A stretch of DNA of 63,956 bases, counting the filler, from NCBI GenBank assembly GCA_964501035.1. It is 16 parts of 16 records of this genome, joined end to end, with 100 filler letters (N's around TTAATTAATTAA, not from the genome) between each part and the next. Parts side by side here need not be neighbours in the genome. Positions count along the whole stretch, not along the records: positions 32,066 to 35,981 come from CAZCRK010000093.1; positions 36,082 to 39,785 come from CAZCRK010000095.1; positions 39,886 to 43,575 come from CAZCRK010000096.1; positions 43,676 to 47,215 come from CAZCRK010000097.1; 12 more parts are not named here. One strand, given 5' to 3'. The translations under genes were made by a program, and so were the position numbers. Below, piece by piece: positions 33,532-44,562 of this stretch. Each line of letters opens with the position of its first letter. The stretch's first letter is position 1. The notes beneath the pieces are model-generated. The model had not been told where the DNA came from. It did no database searches and was given only the letters and a program-made list of their open reading frames with translations.

Positions 33532-34539
33532 TCATAACGCAAATTGAATACTGAATTGATGGGTTTCTCCCAAATGAGATAAAGTTTCTACAGTGTAGTT
33601 AATATATAAATTCTTTTTTAAGATATTCTTCATATTCAGCCCTAATCCCATTGATAGTTCTTTTTCTCGGTCATGTAAGAACAAGGAGTTCATTCCCATA
33701 CGTAATACAAATAGATTATTAAATAAACCGCATTCAATTCCCGTATTGATATACATGGTATTATCATTTGGACTGTTGATATCGATACTCCAGGTCATTG
33801 TGCCGATTTGACCTATGTTTAAATCATCGGATATACCAACTCGTAAAATAAGAGGAAGATCAAAATTATCTGTCGATAAATACCCAGTAACACTTTCATT
33901 GTTACCTTCTATTGTTTCATCAATATCAACAGGGACAAGTAAATCATCGCCTGTCATATTCATTTTAGGACCAAAATTGCTAATACTGGTTCCCAACATA
34001 AACCCATAGGGAGTGGAAAATAAAGTACCAATATCTAATGCAATACCTGCCGCACGATTATTGGCAATATTCTCTTGAATATACTTGCCATTGAAACCGA
34101 TAGAAAATCGGTCAGTCAGATTCATAGAATAGGTAGCTCCGACTGCATAATTTGCTGCAGAAAATGTTTCTCCCGTATTTTCATTTCCATAACGGGTAAC
34201 TTCCATATCATCCATCGTAACAGAAGTGATGTTTAATCCAAAGAATTGATTATTCAATAAAGGTAACGAAAAACCAAAATAATCAAAGGAAATATCGGCA
34301 ATCCAATTGGAATGATTAAAAAATACTTCTTTGACCTTATGAAATCCTAGTCCAGCAGGGTTCCAGTACATCGCAGTGGCATCATTTGCAATTGAAGTGA
34401 AAGCACCACCCATACCCACAGCTCTTGAGCCTACATTCATATGCAAAAATTTCGCTGCAGTAGTACCAGTTTTATCTACTGCATAAGCATTTCCAATGAA
34501 GAAATGAATACAAAAAATGATTATAAAACATTTTCTCAT
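33532..34539 (-). CDS. PorV/UPF0164-family outer-membrane beta-barrel protein
   Basis: KTGTTAAKFL...GSRAVGMGGAFTSIANDATAMYWNPAGL; DIGTLF; ISNFGP; LPLILRVG. Confidence 0.85.
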   Translation of the reverse strand: MRKCFIIIFCIHFFIGNAYAVDKTGTTAAKFLHMNVGSRAVGMGGAFTSIANDATAMYWNPAGLGFHKVKEVFFNHSNWIADISFDYFGFSLPLLNNQFFGLNITSVTMDDMEVTRYGNENTGETFSAANYAVGATYSMNLTDRFSIGFNGKYIQENIANNRAAGIALDIGTLFSTPYGFMLGTSISNFGPKMNMTGDDLLVPVDIDETIEGNNESVTGYLSTDNFDLPLILRVGISDDLNIGQIGTMTWSIDINSPNDNTMYINTGIECGLFNNLFVLRMGMNSLFLHDREKELSMGLGLNMKNILKKNLYINYTVETLSHLGETHQFSIQFAL

Positions 34540-35981
34540 TTTACAATAGCCAGTTTCCCAATTTTTTCTCCAATTCCATTTGCCTCAATATGATAGATAT
34601 ATACCCCGTAACTTGCTGTTATATTATCCTTGGTTAATAGATCCCATTTCCCAGATCCATAATCAATTGATGATTGATGATGTATTTCTTTAACTAATTC
34701 CCCTGAAATAGTGTATATACGTATTTTACATTCTTGCGGTAAAAACCGAAATTGTATTTCTCTAGGACCTCTACCAGAAGTAAATGTGTTTTGTCCTTCA
34801 AAAGTATTGGTTGCATAATATGGATTTGGAACCACTTTAATTTTGTCCAAATCTGATATTGCTTTCTGTTGATCGATATAAGGTGCAATTGTTGTAAACT
34901 CATAAATATCTTCTGTAAGAAATGGTTTTTCAATAAATATATATGCCGTATCACCAGGTTGAGGTTCATTATAAATCAGTTCCTCGTTATTGGGATGCAA
35001 GTTTAAATAAAAGGACCAAGAAGGTAATGGATTTCCATTTTCATCTTCGTGATCCATAAACACAATCCAGTCACTTTCTCTATTACCATCGGCATTGAAA
35101 TATCCATCAGAATTTCCTAGGGGTATCACATCAATTAATGCAAAGGGAATATCTACCCAGTCAATATCATCGATTCCTGTTAAGGATTCTCTTCTTTGGG
35201 CTGTAAAATTGACATTGCGACTACTATAAAGAAATCCTGGATAACAGTTGGATGAATTTGGCAAATAACGCATGCATATATCTATTGTTGAATCAGATTG
35301 CGCGTCATTAAATATAATACGATAATCAAATGGTAATTGTGTGCCTACTACATTAAATGTTGCATATCGAAGTACACGAAATGTCCAAAGACTATCTCTT
35401 GACCAGAATGATTTCTCATCATTAAATCGGAGATCATCTACATTCTTAAATGATAGTCTGAATCCATCAATGACTTGCCCATCTTCAATAACAAGACTGT
35501 TGCTATTATTAACCAGTGTATCTGGAGCATTTTCAAAGGTAATATCAGTTAAAAAATAGGATTTCGTTGTGATAGTATCATACCCAGCCAAACCTTGTTG
35601 ATTGGGTAATGTGGTATCCAAAAAAGTTATTTGATACGTATGATGGTTCCGAATGCTCATCGGATCAACAATTTCCATATATATTTCACCACTAGATGTA
35701 CCCGAAATGTGATTAATTAAAGATCCTTCAAACGTAGCATCTGTATAACCAGCAGCAGGAGGTGAGGGAGTGGCTGCAACTACATTTGGACCCATTTCAA
35801 TTTCACCAGTTAAGGAGTTTACCCGTAAACGCATCGGTGAATCACTGGGTATGATATCATTTGTTAAATCACCTCCATAATCATAGGAAACGACCGCATA
35901 ATAATACCGTTGTCCATTGACGACATTTTCATCTCGATAATAATGCCGCAATCCTGTATCATCACCCAAATAGAATTTGAT
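34536..35981 (-). CDS. Large secreted protein with C-terminal FlgD-like sorting domain (5' truncated), of the type found between TonB receptors and PorV-like genes
   Basis: VVNGQRYYYAVVSYD; IKVVPNPY...IQFRFLP...IRIYTISGELV...WDLLTKD...YGVYIYHI...GKLAIVK. Confidence 0.8.
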   Translation of the reverse strand: MKFYLGDDTGLRHYYRDENVVNGQRYYYAVVSYDYGGDLTNDIIPSDSPMRLRVNSLTGEIEMGPNVVAATPSPPAAGYTDATFEGSLINHISGTSSGEIYMEIVDPMSIRNHHTYQITFLDTTLPNQQGLAGYDTITTKSYFLTDITFENAPDTLVNNSNSLVIEDGQVIDGFRLSFKNVDDLRFNDEKSFWSRDSLWTFRVLRYATFNVVGTQLPFDYRIIFNDAQSDSTIDICMRYLPNSSNCYPGFLYSSRNVNFTAQRRESLTGIDDIDWVDIPFALIDVIPLGNSDGYFNADGNRESDWIVFMDHEDENGNPLPSWSFYLNLHPNNEELIYNEPQPGDTAYIFIEKPFLTEDIYEFTTIAPYIDQQKAISDLDKIKVVPNPYYATNTFEGQNTFTSGRGPREIQFRFLPQECKIRIYTISGELVKEIHHQSSIDYGSGKWDLLTKDNITASYGVYIYHIEANGIGEKIGKLAIVK

Positions 35982-36208
35982 NNNNNNNNNNNNNNNNNNN
36001 NNNNNNNNNNNNNNNNNNNNNNNNNTTAATTAATTAANNNNNNNNNNNNNNNNNNNNNNNNNNNNNNNNNNNNNNNNNNNNCCTCAATCAATACGGTTAC
36101 GCAAAAAAATACTCCCAATATCTCAGAGAAAGTAATAGAGTTTCAAAATTGTAATAGTTTGTAAAAGCAATTTAAGGTGTGAAAATTGTGTTGTAAATTT
36201 GTTCCATT

Positions 36209-39200
36209 ATGAAACGTATAATCTTAATTTTATCATGTATTTTTTGCAATTCTCTATTATACTCTGACATTATTTATGAAGAGGGAAACCTCCTCGAATT
36301 TATAGGTGGTTCTTCTCCATCAACTGCATACGACAACTATATAAGTCATACATCTGAGGGTGTTGCATCGGATGGGTATAATGATTATGGTCCAGATTGG
36401 CTCGATGTACAAACCGATGGGTTCGGAGATTATCGCATTATTGATGATGATAGTAATACACTACCCCATTGGAACGAAATTTTACAGGCATTTATTGCAA
36501 ATGATGTAGCAACAGTAGATGCAAAACTAATTGATTCACTCTCCACATTCCATTATGAATTGGTTCAGTTTACTGATACCATATATCAACGAACCTTTCT
36601 CATGCTACGTGAGCAGTTAAACCAAGAATATATAGATTTAAATGAGATTTCAAATTCAAATGATGATGTGCATGGTAGTTTTGATAATGGCTGGGGTCTA
36701 TATATTTTTAATCCAAATGCAACCCGAAACCATGTTGTAATAGAAGTTCCACACCCAGCAGATGATTTTATTTCACCCTATTTTGCCACAGAGCTTTTTC
36801 TACAAACTGATGCTAGCACCTTAATGATTGCGGGTGCAGGCCGTGAAGTAAAATGGACTGAGTCAGGAAATTATTCCAATAATAAATCCCTTTCAGATCC
36901 TTCTCGGAATGATAATACCGTCTTTCACGAATTTCATAAAATTCTTTGTGATGCACTCATGCAAAATGGACCTCACTCCCCTCTTGTATTTCATGTTCAT
37001 AGTTTTGATGATAATGAAGCACATGATGGATTTAAATCCATTGTATTATCGGGTGGACATGATGCATCCAACGCAAATAAGCCCATTCGTGATATAACAG
37101 AAGATCATTTAGACATTGTCAATTTTACATCTGAATTTCCCATACCTGCGAATATGTTTGGGAATCATCCTCAGCTTGATATTACTGACTTTTACCAAGT
37201 CCATTACAGCGGGTCATTTAACTATTACGGTGATAATATTAATTATTCAATACCTCATACGTATGTGTTATTAGGTCCAAACACAGGTGTTCAAATGAAC
37301 TATTTACGGCAATTTTTTGATAATGATGGAGTGTATGAGCCATGGGTACAAGTGGAACTTCATGAAAAACCTATTTTGTTCACAGATTTAAACATGCCAT
37401 TAACTGAATTGTACGAGGGTGAATACCCCACATCGTATCATAATTTTGAAAAATTACTTCAATACTATCAACCATTTATCGACGCTGTTGATACATATTT
37501 AAACCATTGGGAATCTGTGCCAGATGTAACTGCACCCGAGCAAATTCAACATTTTCAAGCAACATACGATGGATATTATTATGTGGATTTAGAATGGAGT
37601 CCTGTCTTTGATACGAATTTTAAATCGTATCGAATTTATTATGATACTAATGACGTAAATTTATCTTCACCATTTTGGGATGTGTCCAACGACGATAACT
37701 TGTTGAATATGATGCAAACTTCAACAACAATTTATCCTTTGGATCAAAATTACGACTATGAGTTTGCAATAACTGGAATTGACTATTTTGACAATGAAGG
37801 TCCATTCAGTCAAATTACCACAGATACTATTGAAGGTCAAGAAACACATTACATTATTGAGGATTTCAATTCGGGTGAGGTTATATTGAATTCCTATGAA
37901 GACCAAGATGAAGAACCAGATAGTTGGTACTTAAGTTCGAGCCATACTTTTTATAACTCAGCATATTCGCTTAAGTTATATGGAAACACATGGAAAGAAG
38001 AAACTATTACTCCAACTATTGTTTCTGATGGAACCGTATGGCAAATTGCCATGTATAGTCAAGATGAGGGCGAAATACATGGGTTTGGTGTGCAGGATTT
38101 AGCGGGAAATAAACTGAAATATTCATTGGCTGGCACACAATTATTAGATATTGAGGATTGGGTTCCAGTATATCAGGGTGCTTTTGCAGAAGAACAATGG
38201 AATGTTTACCAGCTCCCAATTGCAGATGATTTTTTTGCATGGTATGATTATTTTCCTGTAATTGTTAAACTCATTTTTATTAATGATAGTGACAATGGTG
38301 ATGACTCACGTGTCTATTTTGATGAAATTTTAGACATCACACCCGTTCTAGGTGAATCACCTGAGGTAAGTATTGACTATTCATTTGAAGAAGCGATTCA
38401 TAATTTAAATGGTAGCCGATCGATTGAAGTTCATTTTTCCTCAGTTGTGATTGATAATGATAGTGAACAACACCAATATATTTGGAATTTTGGAGATGGA
38501 CAAACCAGTTATGAATCACATCCAACACATACCTATACTGTACTTGATGACCATGAATATACTATTTTATTACAAGTAACTGATGAATCTGATAATTGGG
38601 GTGTTGCAAGCACAAACATTTCCATTGAAGAGGGTGAATCCACATTTCCAATTACCCTGAACTTTGTAGGTGATATCATGTTGGGTCGCAGGTATGAAGA
38701 TGAAAATGGAATCATTGAAACAAATGGTGTAGAATCTATTTTTGAACCAACACGTGAATTACTTGGAAATTCTGCCGATTTGACCATTGCAAACTTAGAA
38801 TGTCCTATGACCAATTTTGGGACTGAGCATCCTACAAAATCAGTCGTTTTTAAAAGTGATCCCGATAATATTGCTGGGTTAATTTATGCAGGGATTGATA
38901 TTGTAAGTTTAGCAAATAATCACACTACAGATTATGGTCTAACAGGTTTGCAATATACCCAATATTATTTAGAACAAAATGAAATTCTGTATTCTGGTGC
39001 TGGAGAAAATTCAAATGAAGCGTACGACCCATTATTTGTTGTAAAAAATGGTGTAAATATTGCCTTTTTAGCAAATAGTGACCGAACAGGTCAATATAAT
39101 AATTATCAACCCTATTTGCAATCTGGATACAACAAACCAGGGTTTGCTTACATGACACCTTATTATATGCTAGAACAAATTGAAGATGTACAAGACGTTG

Positions 39201-39785
39201 CAGATTTAATTGTGGTCGAAATGCATGCAGGAAGTGAATATTCTTTTGAACCGGGTGCTGATTATGATAGTTTTATTCAAAACTCCAGTGAATTGAGTTC
39301 TAATTATTTACCCCCTGAAGAATCTATTTATGCTATGGATATTGAGGATATCTCTGATGAAGATGAAAACTACTCTCCCAATTTAGATATTCCACATATG
39401 TGGGATAGAGAAATACGTCATTTCGCAATTGATTCAGGTGCAGATTTAGTTATTATTCATCATCCACATATTTTGCAAGGGTTTGAAGTATATAATGAAA
39501 AAGTGATTGCGCATTCTTTGGGCAATTTTGTATTTGACCTAAACTACCCTGAAACATACCCCACTGCTATTTTACATACAGAAATCAATGAAGAAGGATT
39601 TAATAATTTCAGTATTACCCCTATTTATTTAGATGATTATATTCCGTATGTAGCAACGAGCGGATTAGGTTTACACATTTTAGATTATGTATCACAAAAA
39701 TCAAAAGAATTGGACACATATTTATTTGTGGATAGAGAGAATAATCGTGCTCACATTATATTAGATTCGTTGAATATGCCTGAAA
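36209..39785 (+). CDS. Secreted CapA/PgsA-family metallophosphoesterase-like protein with N-terminal unknown domain, FN3 and PKD domains (3' truncated)
   Basis: FVGDIMLGR, ANLECP, SLANNHTTDYG, MHAGSEY, HHPHILQG, HSLGNFVFD; WNFGDG PKD; DVTAP...LEW...YRIY FN3. Confidence 0.85.
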
Positions 39786-39885
39786 NNNNNNNNNNNNNNN
39801 NNNNNNNNNNNNNNNNNNNNNNNNNNNNNTTAATTAATTAANNNNNNNNNNNNNNNNNNNNNNNNNNNNNNNNNNNNNNNNNNNN

Positions 39886-39938
39886 CGCCGACCCCAGGCT
39901 TATGAGTCCTGTGCTCTAACCAACTGAGCTACCCCGCC
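39886..39938 (-). tRNA. tRNA with CAT anticodon, elongator Met type (3' end cut by contig edge)
   Basis: Reverse complement GGCGGGGTAGCTCAGTTGGTTAGAGCACAGGACTCATAAGCCTGGGGTCGGCG: acceptor 5' strand, D arm, anticodon loop CTCATAA. Confidence 0.92.
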
Positions 39939-40138
39939 GTCAAATTTATATTAATTTATAATACTTTTGAAAATTGTTTAAATCAAGATTTTTGCTAAAA
40001 CCTTTCTGGGTGAGTCCAGATTATGGCCATAAGTTTCGGATACTACGTTAATAATAATAACGTGCAAAAGAATGTATTTTTTTTGATAAAAAAATAATTA
40101 TTGATAAACTCAAACTTTTCTATTAATTCTATTCAAAT

Positions 40139-41203
40139 ATGGTCTATATTCCTTCACATCTACAAATTGAACCGGTAAATCGTTATTGTGATGCTCGTTG
40201 CCCAATGTGCACAATTAAGTTTGTTCCAGACTTTAAGAAAAATGTGAAAGATGAACTTTCAAACAATGGCATAGCACGACCTGCTGAGATAATGAGTTTA
40301 GAAACGTTTAGGTCCATCGCTTCAAAATTCAAACCGTATGTCAAAAAGATACGATTTCTCAGTCTACATGGATGTGGTGAACCTCTTTTAGACAAAAAAC
40401 TACATGAAAAAATAAAATGTGCCAAGGATATTGGGTTTAAAGAAGTTGGTTTTACTTCAAATTGTAATATCCTAACTGAAACGACTAGCAAAAACCTGTT
40501 GGAAGCAGGTTTGAATTGCATTATTCCATCAATTGATGGACTAACAAAGGAAGTTCACGAAGCTATACGACCTAGAACTGACTACGAAAAAATTGTCAAA
40601 AACGTTAGTAACTTCATTAAGCTACGTGATCAACATAATTTTAATTGCAAAGTCTTGATCCGCATGGTTAGGCAACAACTTAACACCAGTCAGTGGGATG
40701 ATTACAACACCTTTTGGCGCAAACTGTTAAGCGCTGAAAAAGGAGATGATGTGTTGGGTTTGGATGTTCACAACACTGGAGGAAAAGTTCCAAATTACAA
40801 CAAAATGAAAGTTAGTAACTATAATTCTATGAAAGAAGATCATGAAGCCCATCACACAAGGTCAGTAGAAAATGGACGTTTCGATAAACTCTTTAAGCCT
40901 AGAGACGAAAAGAACAATGAAGTTTGCGTAAAGGCGAGCGAAGTGGAAGAATTAGGTGGTTGCCCAGACTTATTTACTCGATTAAGTATATTCGTATCCG
41001 GCGATGTTGCACTTTGTGCCGCTGATCAAGCGGAATATTTTAAACTTGGCAACGTGATCCATCAAGACCCAATTCAGATATTCAATAATAAACTATTTTC
41101 TCATTACAGAAAGAAGTGGTTGTCGAACAGTTATAAGGAGCTCGACCATTGTAAGGACTGTACTGTGGTAACATCCAGATTTCACAAAACCTACGTGTCC
41201 TAA
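40139..41203 (+). CDS. Radical SAM protein with SPASM/twitch domain
   Basis: CDARCPMC (CxxxCxxC), GCGEPLL, SIDG, C-terminal CPDLF...CAAD...CKDC. Confidence 0.9.
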   Translation: MVYIPSHLQIEPVNRYCDARCPMCTIKFVPDFKKNVKDELSNNGIARPAEIMSLETFRSIASKFKPYVKKIRFLSLHGCGEPLLDKKLHEKIKCAKDIGFKEVGFTSNCNILTETTSKNLLEAGLNCIIPSIDGLTKEVHEAIRPRTDYEKIVKNVSNFIKLRDQHNFNCKVLIRMVRQQLNTSQWDDYNTFWRKLLSAEKGDDVLGLDVHNTGGKVPNYNKMKVSNYNSMKEDHEAHHTRSVENGRFDKLFKPRDEKNNEVCVKASEVEELGGCPDLFTRLSIFVSGDVALCAADQAEYFKLGNVIHQDPIQIFNNKLFSHYRKKWLSNSYKELDHCKDCTVVTSRFHKTYVS

Positions 41204-41224
41204 CCATAGTGTGAGATTTTAAGA

Positions 41225-42694
41225 GTGAAAAAACCCGTTGTCCTACATATAACTACTTATCTTTCAGGTGGTCCTGGACGTGTCTATCTCTCAACATTAA
41301 AATTTTCAAAGAACACTACAGACTTTTTTGCTCATGAGTTTATAATTTTAGACGAAAAACATACAACGCCACATTCTCTTAAATTATTTTCAGAATATTC
41401 TGATTGCATTCATATTGGAAAGAGTGATGCTTTTATCAAGGAAAAAATAGATAAGGCTGACATTGTTCAAATCGATTGGTGGAATCATCCGTTAATATAC
41501 AATTTTTTAACCAAATTTACTTTTCCACCATCACGTATCGTTTTATGCTCTCATGTAAATGGTCTTTCACGACCCAATATTATTACGGAAAGTCTTGTTG
41601 AATTTTCGGACGTCTTTCTCGCCACTACCAAGGCAACAAGAAAACATTCACTGTTCCAATCGGAAACGGGTGTGCAACACCACAAAAAATTACGTTACGT
41701 AACTTTTCCGATCGATTTTGAAAGGTTTGGGACCATCCAACCAAAAACTCATAAAGATTTCAATGTTGGTTACATTGGAACTTTTGATTATTCAAAAATG
41801 CACAAAAAATTTTTTTCTATGTCTGCTGCTGTTGATGTTCCTAAAATTAAATTTATTATTTGCGACCATCTCGATGATATAGGAAAAGTAAAACTGGAAG
41901 CACAAAAGTATCCGGCTGGAAATTTTCAGTTCATGGGATTTACTGAAAATATCAAGAATATCTTAGAAATCCTTGATGTTTTTGGATACCCATTAAACAC
42001 TAATCATTTCGGTAGTGGTGAGCAGGTTATCGGTGAAGCCATGTATGCTGGTTTACCTGTCGTTGCATTTTCCAATCCCCCTGAACAAGAAATTATATCT
42101 CATAATGAAACTGGTATTCTTGTTGATGACGAACAAAGTTACACCGAGGCTATAAAAGCTCTGTATCTTAATCCAAATGAGAGAGTTAGAATTGGAATGA
42201 ACGCTCGCAGATATGTCATGAAAAATTTTGACCCAATACAATGTTTTCAAAAACTCGAATCAATTTATAAAGAAGTAATGAGATTAGATAAGAAGTCTCG
42301 AACTTTCAGGACATTAACTGATAATGATAATGCTTCTAGTAACGATTTGGGTGCACGATTGTTTATACAATCACTTGGCCATCAGGGTTCGGAATTCTTG
42401 CAAAGCTATAAGCAAGGAGGAGAAGGATCAAATACAGCTATTAATAAAGTCATCGAAGAAGTAGAGGTCGGAATGAAAATGGTAACAAAGGGTAGCCTCT
42501 TCCAATATCTATATTACTTTCCCGATGATGCATTCCTCAATTTCTGGGCTGGTTTAATATCACAAGCAGATAACGAAGTTTTGAAACGACAACATATATC
42601 AATACCTAGAACATCTGCTAAGTGTTTTGAAAAGGCAGCACTTATCAATCCTAAGAATAAGGAATTTAAATTCTATTTAAAACATTCGAAATAG
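41225..42694 (+). CDS. Glycosyltransferase family 4 (GT-B)
   Basis: LHI...GG N-terminus; EQVIGEAMYAGLPVVAF...EII..NETGILV. Confidence 0.85.
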   Translation: MKKPVVLHITTYLSGGPGRVYLSTLKFSKNTTDFFAHEFIILDEKHTTPHSLKLFSEYSDCIHIGKSDAFIKEKIDKADIVQIDWWNHPLIYNFLTKFTFPPSRIVLCSHVNGLSRPNIITESLVEFSDVFLATTKATRKHSLFQSETGVQHHKKLRYVTFPIDFERFGTIQPKTHKDFNVGYIGTFDYSKMHKKFFSMSAAVDVPKIKFIICDHLDDIGKVKLEAQKYPAGNFQFMGFTENIKNILEILDVFGYPLNTNHFGSGEQVIGEAMYAGLPVVAFSNPPEQEIISHNETGILVDDEQSYTEAIKALYLNPNERVRIGMNARRYVMKNFDPIQCFQKLESIYKEVMRLDKKSRTFRTLTDNDNASSNDLGARLFIQSLGHQGSEFLQSYKQGGEGSNTAINKVIEEVEVGMKMVTKGSLFQYLYYFPDDAFLNFWAGLISQADNEVLKRQHISIPRTSAKCFEKAALINPKNKEFKFYLKHSK

Positions 42695-42720
42695 ACTAAA
42701 ACAAGATTAATAACTCAAGT

Positions 42721-42760
42721 CCAAGACTCATGAGTCCTACACTCTAACCAAGTCAGATGC
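42721..42760 (-). repeat. Degenerate copy of the tRNA-Met D/anticodon arm region (att-like scar)
   Basis: CCAAGACTCATGAGTCCTACACTCTAACCAAGTCAGATGC vs 39893-39932 CCCAGGCTTATGAGTCCTGTGCTCTAACCAACTGAGCTAC: 30/40 identical ungapped, same orientation. Confidence 0.75.
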
Positions 42761-42831
42761 TCAACCATACAATTCGATTGTTTTATAATAGATTTCATAA
42801 AAAAAAACTAATAAAATACAACTTTAATTTT

Positions 42832-43575
42832 ATGAATAATTTAGAAATCTATTGCACAACCATTCATCACTATAAAATACTAGATAAATTACCATCGTAT
42901 ATAAAACCACTGGGATTGGGAGATTGCAACTTTCCAAGTCACTGGTTAACAGAAAAAAATGGAGAAAATATTTCTAATTTGAACAAGTATTACGGATCGG
43001 AAACAGGTATTTATTGGATATGGAAAAATAGATTAAATGATAAAAATGAAAATGATTGGATAGGCAATTGTCATTATAGAAAATTATGGTTAAATAATCT
43101 TTATAATCAGAAACAAAAACTTTCTTTTAGCAGTTTATACTCAAATTTGTTAAATCCAAATAATCAAATTTTTGAAGATTGTGATGTCATACAAGTTCAA
43201 CCTATCATTTTAAAAAAAGAAACTATTTTTCAACAATTTAATAAAGTTCATAATAAAAATATTTTAGAAAATTGTATAAATTTCTTAGCTTCTAGTGAAA
43301 GAGAAAAATTTAAAAATCATCTTAATGGAAATAAATTATGTGGAATAAATATGTTCATAGCAAAAACTCATTTTTTCAAAAGATATTGTGAAGATTTATT
43401 TCCATGGTTAGAAAAATGTCTTGACTATTGTCTAAATAATAATCTTTGCAAAGATTATAACATTAGACTCCCAGGTTTTTTAGCAGAAAGATTTATGTCT
43501 TATTGGTTTTCTCAAAACACAAAATCAAAATACCTATCTTATGCAAGATTAGGTAAATTTATGTTATCAAACAAT
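42832..43575 (+). CDS. DUF4422-family glycosyltransferase-like protein (3' truncated)
   Basis: GENISNLNKYYGSETGIYWIWKN, IGNCHYRK, NMFI, YCEDLFPWL, RLPGFLAER. Confidence 0.8.
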
Positions 43576-43675
43576 NNNNNNNNNNNNNNNNNNNNNNNNN
43601 NNNNNNNNNNNNNNNNNNNTTAATTAATTAANNNNNNNNNNNNNNNNNNNNNNNNNNNNNNNNNNNNNNNNNNNN

Positions 43676-43897
43676 TAGGCGCCCAGACTAACTCTTCAAA
43701 CGGACCAGTTTAACTAACCTCGACCAGTTTTTTCACAGGATGAAGGTGGAGAAGAGGCAGAGGGTCAATGCAGTGCATTGGGTCGGGCTACGCCCTCCCC
43801 GCGTCCCAGCATTGACTTACTCTACGACATTGAGCAAATAATGAACCCGTCCAGACTAACGAGAGCTTTAGCCCAGTTTGGTTAACTCGATCAAACA
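43676..43897. mobile_element. Terminal segment of an insertion sequence (IS21- or IS3-like end)
   Basis: GC-richer than flank; GGGTCGGGCTACGCCCTCCC hairpin; repeated CCAGACTAAC (x2) and CCAGTTT (x3); ends ...GTTAACTCGATCAAACA (TGT terminus); contig breaks here. Confidence 0.5.
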
Positions 43898-43950
43898 CAA
43901 ACACTCTAAAAGAATTCAAGAATAAATTAACTCTGTAAGTTAGGAATAAA

Positions 43951-44562
43951 ATGGAATTTACAAAAAAATACTTCGAAGAATATATGTCGATATGGCATGA
44001 AATATTTTTTAACAGGTATGGATGGGATCCAAACGATCCGAAAAGTGCATTGGAGATTGGATCTTTTGAGGGGTATTCTTCATGTTGGATTATGGCAAAT
44101 TTGCTAAAGCATGAAGACAGCTGTTTAATATGTATTGATACATTTGAAGGCGGTATGGAGCATAAGGATGATAAAACATTTGATGTAAATCAGTTGAAAG
44201 AGAGATTTTATAAGAATATTAGTGAAACAAATCGAATGGAATCTATAAGGGTTATGGAAGAGTATAGCGATATAGCTTTGTTAAAACTTATTCAGGAAGA
44301 CCAAAAAAAGGTTGATTTTATATATATAGACGGATCTCACATGGCTGTTGATGTACTTACTGATTTGATATTAAGTTTTAGGCTTTTGAAAATTGGTGGT
44401 TTATGTATTTGCGATGATCATTATTGGAGTCCAAATCCTAATGATTTTGAACTGGATAAAAGCCCAAAGATGGCAATTGATGCTTTTAGTTCAATTTATT
44501 CAAAAAAAATTTTGCATTTACCAATTGTTAATTCACAGTTCGGGTTCATCCGAAAAGAATGA
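43951..44562 (+). CDS. Class I SAM methyltransferase (Methyltransf_24-like)
   Basis: LEIGSFEGYS, CIDTF, FIYIDGSH, LLKIGGLCICDD. Confidence 0.88.
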   Translation: MEFTKKYFEEYMSIWHEIFFNRYGWDPNDPKSALEIGSFEGYSSCWIMANLLKHEDSCLICIDTFEGGMEHKDDKTFDVNQLKERFYKNISETNRMESIRVMEEYSDIALLKLIQEDQKKVDFIYIDGSHMAVDVLTDLILSFRLLKIGGLCICDDHYWSPNPNDFELDKSPKMAIDAFSSIYSKKILHLPIVNSQFGFIRKE

